Positions 20,126 to 29,051 of a stretch of DNA of 64,000 nt are shown one piece after another. The translations under genes were made by a program, and so were the position numbers. Positions within the stretch are counted from its first letter, which is position 1; every line of letters begins with the position of its first letter. The DNA is taken from NCBI GenBank assembly GCA_963663405.2, contig CAXXSM010000150.1:32001-96000 (forward strand). Reading direction: 5' to 3'. Under the pieces are notes generated by a model, which was not told the origin of the DNA, did not search any database, and was given only the letters and a program-made list of their open reading frames with translations. Source of the stretch: a bacterium. Lineage in GTDB: Bacteria; Hinthialibacterota; Hinthialibacteria; Hinthialibacterales; Hinthialibacteraceae.

Positions 20126-21172
20126 TTATGAATCGCTGATATCTTCAAGTTTAAGTAAAACATCGGCGGGCAGATCGCGCGCGGCTTTTTTCCCAACGAC
20201 CGTATTGAGTTTGTAACTCGGAATACCGGAACCAGGACGTTTCACCCATACATTCACACGCTCTTGAAACACTTCATTGGCTTTAACCGGCGCAATAGTG
20301 ACAACGCTTTCCGAAAAACCATGCCGCACTTTTTGCGCTTCATCGTTGAGAGATTTCTCACTCCCCAAGGCGGATGAAATCGCGCGGACGCCTTCCACCA
20401 GTTCCTTCAGTTCGTCCGGTTCAATGGAGGATTGTTGATCGATGCCAGGCAGCGCGCGGGAGAGTGTAAAATGTTTTTCTACTAGACATGCGCCTTTGGC
20501 CGCCGCGCCGAAACAGGCGTAATTACCTTGACAGTGATCCGATAGCCCCACCAGGACACTGCACTCGTCCCGCAGGCGGTCCATCACTCCCAAATTGACA
20601 TTCTCATAGGCTGTTGGATAGTTGGATGTGCATTGCATCACAATCAGATCCGGCGTTTTCCCGCGAATGACATTGACGGCGTTTTTCACTTCATCCCAAT
20701 CGGCGGTGCCAGTTGAGAGAATGACGGGCTTCCCTTTTTCGGCGATGTACGTCAGAAAAGGAATATTCGTCACTTCGCCCGATCCAATTTTGTACGCGGG
20801 GACCCCCACCTTTTCAAGCAGATCCACCGCTTCCACAGAAAACGGCGTGGACAAAAAAAGAATGCCCTGTTTTTCCGCCTCCTCTTTGAGCGCCATGTGA
20901 TCGTCAAAAGATAGTCCACAATCCGTCATGATATCAAATAACGATCGTGTAACGTGTGAACCGGCGTCGCTGCCGATCGACCGGTCAGGCAGCATTTCGG
21001 CTTCAGCGATATGGGTTTGAAATTTAATAATATCCGCGCCCGCCGCTTTCGCTGACCGCACCATCTCCAAGGCGATTTCACGGTCGCCGTTATGGTTGAT
21101 CCCCGCCTCGGCGATCACCAGCGTCCGGTTACCCGGTCCCACGTTATAAGGTCCAATGGTTATCGCATCCAC
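20126..21172 (-). CDS. neuB: N-acetylneuraminate (nonulosonate) synthase family, copy 2
   Basis: IAEAGINHNGD, KFQ, KIGSGE, SDH, EKHFTL; SAF domain. Confidence 0.92.
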   Translation of the reverse strand: MDAITIGPYNVGPGNRTLVIAEAGINHNGDREIALEMVRSAKAAGADIIKFQTHIAEAEMLPDRSIGSDAGSHVTRSLFDIMTDCGLSFDDHMALKEEAEKQGILFLSTPFSVEAVDLLEKVGVPAYKIGSGEVTNIPFLTYIAEKGKPVILSTGTADWDEVKNAVNVIRGKTPDLIVMQCTSNYPTAYENVNLGVMDRLRDECSVLVGLSDHCQGNYACFGAAAKGACLVEKHFTLSRALPGIDQQSSIEPDELKELVEGVRAISSALGSEKSLNDEAQKVRHGFSESVVTIAPVKANEVFQERVNVWVKRPGSGIPSYKLNTVVGKKAARDLPADVLLKLEDISDS

Positions 21173-21199
21173 AATTTCTCTCCTCCCATGACCCGGTAT

Positions 21200-22210
21200 T
21201 TATAGCCATTCGTCGATGGTATAGTCCACATCGGACGTAGCCCATTTCGGATAAATAATACCATGTTCGATGACGTGTTTCACGCCTTCTTCTGTGCTGA
21301 TCCTTGGCTCAAATCCCAATATCTCACGCGCTTTCGCCGTATCACAAAAGCGCTCAAATATTTCGCGTTCTTTCGTCCGGTCCGTATTGGCAAATTGATT
21401 CTGTATCTTCGGTTCGAGTTTATCTTCTTTACCACACAGCCGGATGATCATCTGGGCAAGTTCCAATAATGTAAGTGGATCACCGCTGTTCCCGATGTTA
21501 AACACTTCACCATCCGCCTTGGGATTAAAGAGCGCATCCAGCAGCCCGCGCGCCGAATCCTGCGAATAGCAGTAAGACCGGACCTGCTTTCCATCACCAT
21601 ACACGACAGGTGGCTTGCCTTCCAGGCAATTGCGAATGAACTTTGGAATGACAAACTGCGCGATCTGGAACGGGCCATACGTATTAAAGAAACGCATAAT
21701 CGTATAATTGAATTCCGGATAGCGCTGCGCGTACGCCTGACAAAGTTCCTCTCCGGTCATTTTCGTCACGGCGTAGACGGTCTTGCCATGTGTACGGGTT
21801 TTTTCCGTTACTGGATTCTCCAACGGTTCACCGTACACTTCAGACGAGGAAGCGAAAATAATTTTCTTTACACGGTGTTGAATGGCGATATCCAAGACAT
21901 TCTGCGTTCCATTGACGTTGATCTCCAGGCAACGGAGTTTGTTGGTTTCCGTGCGCCGTACCCCTAAATACGCGGCGAGATGAACGACGGCGTCGCAGCC
22001 GGCCAATGCGTCCCGCAGTGACGAACAGTCTAGAATCGAACCATAGTAAATATCAATCTTCGGATCGATCGACGACTCGACACGCGCGATCTGTCCACGC
22101 AAATCAAACAACACAACGGAAACGCCCCGCCGGACCAGTTCTTTGCAGACTTGCATTCCAATGCAGCCCGCCCCTCCTGTGACTAACACTTTTTTTAATT
22201 CGTACGGCAT
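21200..22210 (-). CDS. NAD-dependent sugar epimerase/dehydratase (extended SDR)
   Basis: TGGAGCIG, ASSSEVYG, YAVTK and RFFNTYGP. Confidence 0.9.
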   Translation of the reverse strand: MPYELKKVLVTGGAGCIGMQVCKELVRRGVSVVLFDLRGQIARVESSIDPKIDIYYGSILDCSSLRDALAGCDAVVHLAAYLGVRRTETNKLRCLEINVNGTQNVLDIAIQHRVKKIIFASSSEVYGEPLENPVTEKTRTHGKTVYAVTKMTGEELCQAYAQRYPEFNYTIMRFFNTYGPFQIAQFVIPKFIRNCLEGKPPVVYGDGKQVRSYCYSQDSARGLLDALFNPKADGEVFNIGNSGDPLTLLELAQMIIRLCGKEDKLEPKIQNQFANTDRTKEREIFERFCDTAKAREILGFEPRISTEEGVKHVIEHGIIYPKWATSDVDYTIDEWL

Positions 22211-22266
22211 ATTCCATCCGTCCTTTACAAAGGAGATTCATTTCTATATTGTTGAGTTTACACAAT

Positions 22267-23527
22267 TCAACAATTTCCAGCGCACATACATTGACGTTTT
22301 AAAGGCTGAAACTTCAGATAGGTCAACGAACGCCAAAGCCACTCGAAGGGACCAAACTGAAAATAACACAGCCAGATCACAGAATACATTAATTGTATAA
22401 TCCAGATTGTGAAGACAAAAAGAAACTGTTGATAACGTTCCAAATAACCATACCACCCCAATCCATGCCCATAAAAGAATAATGTGCCCAGAATGGATTG
22501 CATCAGATAATTGGTCAACGCCAGCTGACCCGCCGCGGAAAATCCCCGCGTCAAACACCCTGCCTTTCCACTCTTAATCCACAGAACCATTATGCTGATC
22601 CACATTAATGCGATCAATGGAGCGGAAAATAAATAAAGAGGCCTGCAGAACATACTATACGCCTGGTAATCCCAGCTTGTTTGACACAAAATGATGATAT
22701 CCAACAAGGTTAATGGTATCCCCACGAACAGACCGATTCCGATTAGGTATCGATACAAGCGCTTGCTTCCTTCTCCGCTCAACACTCCCCATTTGAACAG
22801 CGCCATACCTAACAGCATCATTGCGCCAACCTGAAAGATACGCCCATGAAAGAAAAAACTTCTTACCTCAAGATGATACGCGATGAAAAAACGCAATGAC
22901 ATTTGGTCTTTATAACCACCGCGGAAAGTGTCGAGAAAATGCTGGATAGTACGATTTGACACTTCCCAGTTTCCATGAATCCGGCTTTCCAGCGCCGCGC
23001 CTTCCAACTGATAGATTTGCCAACCATGTTCTAACGTAATCCCTGCATAAATCAGATGAAAGACAATCGCCAGGAGAAGTAGCCATTTGGGTGAGAGTTT
23101 TCTGAACAAACAAAGAACGGCCGCGCACATCGTATACCGCGTTAAGACATCGCCGGACCAAATTAAATAGGCGTGCGCCAATCCCATAAGCCCCATCACA
23201 ATGATCCGCCGGTAATAGACAAAACAACGGATTGCGGCCCCGCGCTTCCACCCGTGACATCATTAGAACAATACCCGCGCCGAACAGCATCGAGAAGATG
23301 CTAATGAATTTCGAATCAAACAAGAGATGGCTAATGAACCAGACGCCGAAATTGATCCCGCTGAAATCTCCATACGTATTCGGATTGTCATACGCGAACG
23401 CGGGCATCGCCATCACTTGGATATTCATCATCAGAATCCCCAACACCGCCATACCACGCACAGCGTCCAATGTTTGGATACGATAAGGTTGGCTTATGGG
23501 GCCAATCTGGGAATTCTGCATTGGCAA
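22267..23527 (-). pseudogene. DUF418 (YeiB-like) membrane protein, +1 frameshift at ~23221-23224, probably a sequence error
   Basis: N-part RIQTLDAVRG.AVLGIL..FS.LFG; C-part LALTNYLMQS..GPFEWLWR.LTY; removing one base of the A4 run (+ strand) restores ..NPLFVYYRRIIV.. Confidence 0.85.
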
Positions 23528-23539
23528 ACAACCAAGTGA

Positions 23540-24691
23540 TCAGTATGCGATGATCTTTTGGATGAGGTTATTGTTGATTTCAACCGATTCGAGAACGTCT
23601 ACGATCTTCTGAGCGGCATCTCCATTTCCATATGGATTGACGACATTCTTCACTTTTTCTTTAAACGTCTCGTCATAAAGGGCGGTTTGAATCGCGTTGA
23701 TAATTTCATCGACATCATGGGATACATCGATCACATTCTCCGCCCGCAGACGGCCGTTCTGCCGCGTGCCGATATTCACTGTAGGCAGTTGAAAACTCGG
23801 CGCTTCGCGAATCCCCGCCGACGAATTGCCGACCATAACCGAAGCATGGCGCATCAAACTGAGAAAATCCTGGTTCTCAATATTCGGAAAAATATGAAAG
23901 CGCGAGAGTCCCTTCATCTCATCGATGATCTCCCGCCCCCCCGCGTCGGCGTTCGAGTAGATCGTGACAACCTCCGCTTCGGGGAAATTCATCAACGCTT
24001 GAATGGCGATCCGGGCCTGCGCGACTCCCTGCCCGTATTCCGTCGTTACGGGATGGTACGTAAAGAGAAAGAGCGGACGCTCCAGATCAAAGCCGAATTG
24101 AGCGGCCAGTTCTTCTTTCCCCTTCAATTCAACCGAGTTGATAATATCAAGATAAGGACAACCGGTTTGAAACACCATCTCCGGATTCTCGCCCATTTTG
24201 ATGATACGCTCAGCGGCGTCGGGCGTGGCGGGAAAATGGATGTGCGACAGTTTGGTGACGGCGTGGCGGATGCTTTCATCAATCGTGCCCGTCACCTCAC
24301 CGCCTTGGATGTGCGCAATGGGAAGATTTAACAACGCCGCCGACTGTGCGGCGGCCAAGGTTTCAACGCGGTCTACCGTCAATAGAAAAATATCAGGTTG
24401 AATCTCATGGAGCGCGTCCGCGATCCCATCCGAGCAGCGCGCGGCCGCTTTCGCCATCCCATAAGGACTGTCGTCGTCCGTATACATATTCACCCGCGCG
24501 GCGATATCAAAACCGTCCTGCTCAATCTGTTCAACGGTATATCCAAATTCTTTCAACAAATGAATACCCGTGACAATCAGTTTTAATTCCAGATTCGGGC
24601 GTCTCGCGATTTCATGCAAAACGGATTTCACACGAGGATAATCAGCCCGTGTCCCAGTCATGCACGCGATCCGTCGTTTGTTCTTTTTCAT
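23540..24691 (-). CDS. neuC: UDP-N-acetylglucosamine 2-epimerase (hydrolysing), canonical copy
   Basis: TGTRADY, HIQGGE.TG.IDESIRHAVTK, GNSSAGIREAP and NPYGNGDA. Confidence 0.92.
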   Translation of the reverse strand: MKKNKRRIACMTGTRADYPRVKSVLHEIARRPNLELKLIVTGIHLLKEFGYTVEQIEQDGFDIAARVNMYTDDDSPYGMAKAAARCSDGIADALHEIQPDIFLLTVDRVETLAAAQSAALLNLPIAHIQGGEVTGTIDESIRHAVTKLSHIHFPATPDAAERIIKMGENPEMVFQTGCPYLDIINSVELKGKEELAAQFGFDLERPLFLFTYHPVTTEYGQGVAQARIAIQALMNFPEAEVVTIYSNADAGGREIIDEMKGLSRFHIFPNIENQDFLSLMRHASVMVGNSSAGIREAPSFQLPTVNIGTRQNGRLRAENVIDVSHDVDEIINAIQTALYDETFKEKVKNVVNPYGNGDAAQKIVDVLESVEINNNLIQKIIAY

Positions 24692-24723
24692 CGATTTTCT
24701 ATCCAGTACATTCAATTATGGAA

Positions 24724-25434
24724 TTACTCTTCAAAAAAATAGCGGTACGTCTCTTTTCGCCGGTTCAAATAAAATTCCGCCAAAAGAAAATCATCTGGGT
24801 AGTCGATGTCAATGTCAACCCAGCCGTCATCCAATACAAAAGGTTTGATGTTCGAACCGAGAAAACAATCGTTCTTCAATGTCCGCGCCGTGCGGAACAT
24901 GAAGAGATGCCCAGTGAGCACATGCAGTATTTTTGAATTGGAGAGCCGGTGGGGAAGTTGTTTCTCGTAGGGCGTCCAAAATTCCTCCCCCAATTCGCCA
25001 AAAATCTCTCTGGATTTCCGAACCGACACCATCGAATCCGCTTCGGGCGATCCACGCATTTCCTCAATGGCCTTATTGATCATCTGGGGCGTACGGAACG
25101 GATTGGTCGGTTGCAGCAAGATCAGAATATCCACCGAATAGCCTTGTTGATCCTCAATCCATTCAACCGCATGCTGAATGACACGAAAATTGGGCACGCT
25201 GTCATCACACAATTCCTGCGGCCGCCGGATAATTTCCGCGCCGTAAGAGGCGCCTAAATTCGCGATCTCATCACTTTCCGTACTGACATATACGCCTGTC
25301 AACGAAGACGCCAGTTTGGCGGCTTTCACCGAGTAATAAAAAAGAGGATAACCGCAGAGTGGTTTAACGTTTTTATTTGGCAATCGGTTGGAATGGCCTT
25401 TCGCTGGAATAATGGCGGCAACGTTTTCTTTCAC
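24724..25434 (-). CDS. neuA: Acylneuraminate cytidylyltransferase (CMP-nonulosonate synthetase)
   Basis: IIPAKGHSNRLPNKN, LQPTNPFR and DIDYPDDF. Confidence 0.9.
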   Translation of the reverse strand: MKENVAAIIPAKGHSNRLPNKNVKPLCGYPLFYYSVKAAKLASSLTGVYVSTESDEIANLGASYGAEIIRRPQELCDDSVPNFRVIQHAVEWIEDQQGYSVDILILLQPTNPFRTPQMINKAIEEMRGSPEADSMVSVRKSREIFGELGEEFWTPYEKQLPHRLSNSKILHVLTGHLFMFRTARTLKNDCFLGSNIKPFVLDDGWVDIDIDYPDDFLLAEFYLNRRKETYRYFFEE

Positions 25435-25449
25435 GAAATTACTCTCTCC

Positions 25450-26106
25450 CTATTTCTCCCGTGTTAGTTCCACGTCCATTGCCGCATCCCCCCAAATAGC
25501 GCGAAGCGAACGGCTGTCCTCCATCAGTGGGAATCCACAAAGGGCGCCCAACGCGTAGGTGTCTCCCGCATAAAGAGTCATAAAACGCGAGAGGAAAGCC
25601 ACAACGAGCGCCGGTGAATGCGCGTAATCATTCGGAGCCTGTTCATCCGATAACGCCGGCGAAGATTCCACTCGCAAAGGAGTGTCACGCTCCCGTTCAA
25701 TCCGCTCTAAGGGCATCAAATCCCCCAGCGTATGAAATCCCTCGATCCACTGCCCATAATAAACCGCGATTCCATGATCCCGAAGCCGAATCTGATGTTC
25801 CAGCCGCGTCAATTCATCAATCACGTAAGGGCTGTACAATCCGATCCACAACCGGCATCCAGCAATATATCGCCCCGCGTCTTCGATGGACACGCCTTGG
25901 CAATCTGCCTTGAGTTCAATCGCCAAACCGGCGAATCCCATCACTTTTCCCGCAAACTTGGGAATACAGATCGACCCGGCGTTGTACGACGCGACATGCG
26001 GAGGACATAAATACGCCAGAGGAAAGCGGCTTTTCTTAATATCCCACGTTCGTATGGAAAAATCCGAATTTCCGACGACAAACCAAAATTCACCATTCAG
26101 GGCCAT
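25450..26106 (-). CDS. Highly divergent fumarylacetoacetate-hydrolase-fold protein
   Basis: DAGRYIAG and VVAFLSRFMTLYAGD resemble the FAH C-terminal domain; overlaps the upstream FAH gene. Confidence 0.55.
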   Translation of the reverse strand: MALNGEFWFVVGNSDFSIRTWDIKKSRFPLAYLCPPHVASYNAGSICIPKFAGKVMGFAGLAIELKADCQGVSIEDAGRYIAGCRLWIGLYSPYVIDELTRLEHQIRLRDHGIAVYYGQWIEGFHTLGDLMPLERIERERDTPLRVESSPALSDEQAPNDYAHSPALVVAFLSRFMTLYAGDTYALGALCGFPLMEDSRSLRAIWGDAAMDVELTREK

Positions 26107-27134
26107 ATCTCTTCCTCACTTTCCCGCAGGTCGTTTACTGGATTTCGGAGCACTCCGATCTTCTCGTATTCAATCTCGAAGTAATCCTCATCTGTCAGAC
26201 GCATATCCTGCTCAACCGTATACCCATCGATACTCATCGTTCCCATGTGGATTATCATCCCTGGCTTCAACGTGAACATGCGGGAAAGATATTCAATCGT
26301 ATGCTCAATGTCATTGACCAGGGCTTGGCTGTACGAACGCTCCCTCTGTATGCCAGATAGGCGGTTATAAATCATCAGGTTATATGGATCAGGAACCTCA
26401 TCTCTCGATACCAGATAAGGACCGACCGGCGCAAATGTGTCAATGCTGCGCGAATAGAACGAGGTAGTATGCCGCGCGGCGAACACACTACTGTCGGTTT
26501 CGACCAGCGCTTCATCAATCCCCCGTAGAGCGTACTGCTTCCAAGTGTCCGAACACATATCGTTGACCAGCGTATACCCAGCGACATACTCCATCGCCTC
26601 TTTCGCGGGTACGTACCTCCCGGTTTTTCCAATAATGACGCCCAACTCCGCCGCAGAACGAAAATTGCGTAAATAGGGTGGAATCGTTACGGTCTCTTTA
26701 TGACCGATCAAAGCCGTACGGGAACGGGGGCGCAGGAATCCCTGGGGATAGCCGGGAATCTGATAAGGCTTGTCCCGGAAAAAGAACGGTGAATTGCCGC
26801 CAATCCCAAACATCAACGGTGGATTGGGAATCGGGGGCAGCCAACGTATCGCTTCGCAATCAAACCGCGCGTTCCGTAAAAGAAAAGAATCCCCCTCTTC
26901 CATCACCCAAATAATAAAATCATTCATCCGTCGAAGACCGTCGGAGCCTTCCATTCCTAATTCCAGCAGGTCAATCAAACGAAAACCGGTGATATCGGTT
27001 TGGAAAAATCGGGGCTTGCTAAAGGTTTTCATATTGGGAACCGCCTTCACTACTTCATGAATATCAAAGACGGTGTCTCCAACCACCAAACCGGTCCGCT
27101 CTTTTTCATTGGCAATAAATGACGCGAGCTTCAT
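26097..27134 (-). CDS. Fumarylacetoacetate hydrolase family protein
   Basis: MKLASF, ELGVIIGK, GYTLVND, DTFAPVGP, TLKPG and IGVLRNPV. Confidence 0.85.
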   Translation of the reverse strand: MKLASFIANEKERTGLVVGDTVFDIHEVVKAVPNMKTFSKPRFFQTDITGFRLIDLLELGMEGSDGLRRMNDFIIWVMEEGDSFLLRNARFDCEAIRWLPPIPNPPLMFGIGGNSPFFFRDKPYQIPGYPQGFLRPRSRTALIGHKETVTIPPYLRNFRSAAELGVIIGKTGRYVPAKEAMEYVAGYTLVNDMCSDTWKQYALRGIDEALVETDSSVFAARHTTSFYSRSIDTFAPVGPYLVSRDEVPDPYNLMIYNRLSGIQRERSYSQALVNDIEHTIEYLSRMFTLKPGMIIHMGTMSIDGYTVEQDMRLTDEDYFEIEYEKIGVLRNPVNDLRESEEEIWP

Positions 27135-27212
27135 TGTTTCGATTCCTTATATGTTTAGGCTGGTAAAATGGAAACGTTGTATTTTTGGATTTCTTGATCG
27201 CATGAGATATAT

Positions 27213-27449
27213 TTACTGCATTATTCCAAATGGCTTAGAAATATCGGGGGGCAACGGATCATCAAAATTGTCCATCATCTTAATCTTTCCTTTCATCGCC
27301 CCTGGAACACGAGATTCTTTGGGAGTTCTGGCTATAGGAACGATTTTCGCAATAGGTTTTCCATTTTGTTCCAATATCACTTCGTGCCCCGCTTTTACAC
27401 GCTCGAGCAATTCCAACAAATTTGCTTTTTGAATATCGGTTGTAAGCAT
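27213..27449 (-). CDS. Phd/YefM-family antitoxin with no adjacent toxin
   Basis: L.ELLERVKAGHEVIL...GKPIAKIVP...RVPG..KGKI....FDDPLP. Confidence 0.8.
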   Translation of the reverse strand: MLTTDIQKANLLELLERVKAGHEVILEQNGKPIAKIVPIARTPKESRVPGAMKGKIKMMDNFDDPLPPDISKPFGIMQ

Positions 27450-27499
27450 TGAATTGAGCAATTCCAAATCCATTCTTTTGAAGCGCACCTTATCAAGTA

Positions 27500-28129
27500 T
27501 CAAAAACAGGACACAAAGGATATCTGTTTCTCTTTCGCGATTTCTTCCACTTGCGCGAGTTCATCATTCTTGTCGGTATGAGAGGCTAACGAGAGGAGTA
27601 AATCCGCCGAACCGTTTTTCCGCAGCCAATCCAGATTGTAAATCGAATGATCCACACAGCGTTTTCCCTCATTTTTAGGATCGACAATGCCTACTAACTC
27701 CATCCGCAGTTCCCGCACGGCGAGATAGGCCAGTTCCGCGACTTCCCCGCTCCCATAAAAAATGACTCGCTTCTTGTTTTGCGCGGCGAAAGGACGCATG
27801 GCCTCATTGGCTTTCCGGCGCACTTCGCGGATGTATTGAAACGAATACTCTAAAAATTCATACGTCAGCCGGGCTTTTTCTTTAATTCCGCTTGGTGTCA
27901 ACAAATAGCGCAGCCGTCTTCTTTCCAGCTGTTTCGTCTTGACATATCCTTTATAAATTACCCGCTTCAGATATGAATTCACCAAACCCACCGCCACGCC
28001 AAGGCGGGTCGCCAAGTCTTTTTGGGTGGTGTCCGGCTCATCAGAGATCGCTTTGAGAAGATTGAGGATCATCTCCTCATCGCGGTCCATAACGCCGTTT
28101 TCGTCTCTGGTTTGGGAAGGATTTTTCAT
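27500..28129 (-). CDS. Winged-helix (MarR-type) EPS-associated transcriptional regulator with a Rossmann-like C-terminal domain
   Basis: TQKDLATRLGVAVGLVNSYLKR...YLLTPSGIKEKARLT; first gene of the glycan cluster. Confidence 0.88.
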   Translation of the reverse strand: MKNPSQTRDENGVMDRDEEMILNLLKAISDEPDTTQKDLATRLGVAVGLVNSYLKRVIYKGYVKTKQLERRRLRYLLTPSGIKEKARLTYEFLEYSFQYIREVRRKANEAMRPFAAQNKKRVIFYGSGEVAELAYLAVRELRMELVGIVDPKNEGKRCVDHSIYNLDWLRKNGSADLLLSLASHTDKNDELAQVEEIAKEKQISFVSCF

Positions 28130-28315
28130 AATAATGAAGTATTCAGGCAGGCTTCGCCCCCGTCAGCGGTCCTTTTTCAAGGCGCGGAAAGGGAAAATTT
28201 AGATCTATTCGATCAGAATCAAGGATCTATATTGACTCCTAAATCCTTATATATCAAATCATTAAATCATGAAACTAGCATAATTTCAAAATTTAAAATT
28301 CAATATATGATTTTT

Positions 28316-28344
28316 ATCATATAAAGAATCCAATCCCCTGTCAA
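28316..28344 (-). promoter_or_regulatory. Sigma70 promoter of the glycan cluster
   Basis: Minus strand TTGACA-17 bp-TATGAT with an AT-rich upstream tract; gives a ~180-nt leader. Confidence 0.7.
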
Positions 28345-28599
28345 GTAAAAAAAGAAAGAAAATTAAAATAAATTTTAAAAACGAAGCCGGATAAAAAACT
28401 GGAACTAGATTATCCCCAATGGAGGATAAAATATCGTCATTGGGAGATGATTCCACCTGTACGCTGGTATCGTTCAGTCCATTCTGGGGATAGAACACCG
28501 CTGAAATTCGTGTATATTTGGCCTTGCCTTCTCTCTTGAATCAAAAAGTAAATACGCTGAATAAAACGGTCTAAAATCGAATGTGTATTGGAGGTATGA

Positions 28600-28989
28600 A
28601 TGATGGAGAACCGGCTCCCGCCACCGGACGAGATCGACAAGGACGAACGGGTATGGGCGGCGTTTTGTCATCTATCCGCGTTTAGCGTTTTTCTCCTATT
28701 TGGCTTTGGTCATATTGTCGGACCGCTCGCATTTTGGCTTCTAAAACGGCAGGAATCGACGTTTCTTGATGAACAAGGGAAAGAGGCGGTCAATTTTCAA
28801 ATCAGTATATCCATCTATTTCCTCGTCAGCGCAATGGCCGCTTTTCTTATTTTCTCTTCCGGATTTGTGGTGATTTTATTGCTGGGAGTGATGTGGGCCT
28901 TATTCTGGTTTATTTCGGTTATTTTCGCCGCGGTTAAAGCCAACGATGGGGGGCTTTACCGCTATTATCTCTGCATTCGTTTTTTATAA
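28600..28989 (+). CDS. DUF4870 (Tic20-like) membrane protein
   Basis: ERVWAAFCHLS, GPL..WL, GKEAVNFQIS and YRY. Confidence 0.88.
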   Translation: MMENRLPPPDEIDKDERVWAAFCHLSAFSVFLLFGFGHIVGPLAFWLLKRQESTFLDEQGKEAVNFQISISIYFLVSAMAAFLIFSSGFVVILLLGVMWALFWFISVIFAAVKANDGGLYRYYLCIRFL

Positions 28990-29018
28990 CTTTTAATTCG
29001 CTAATATTACAATGGAGG

Positions 29019-29035
29019 GCGGGCGTCCCGCCCGC
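29019..29035. repeat. GC-rich REP-like palindrome between convergent genes
   Basis: GCGGGCG-TCC-CGCCCGC. Confidence 0.45.
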
Positions 29036-29051
29036 AAAAAATCCCCCCCTC

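Noticed and set aside
23558-24331. Long antisense ORFs (e.g. 257 aa opposite neuC, 221 aa opposite lptD, 215 aa opposite the CARDB gene)
   Set aside because: Shadow frames of well-supported genes with no motifs of their own.
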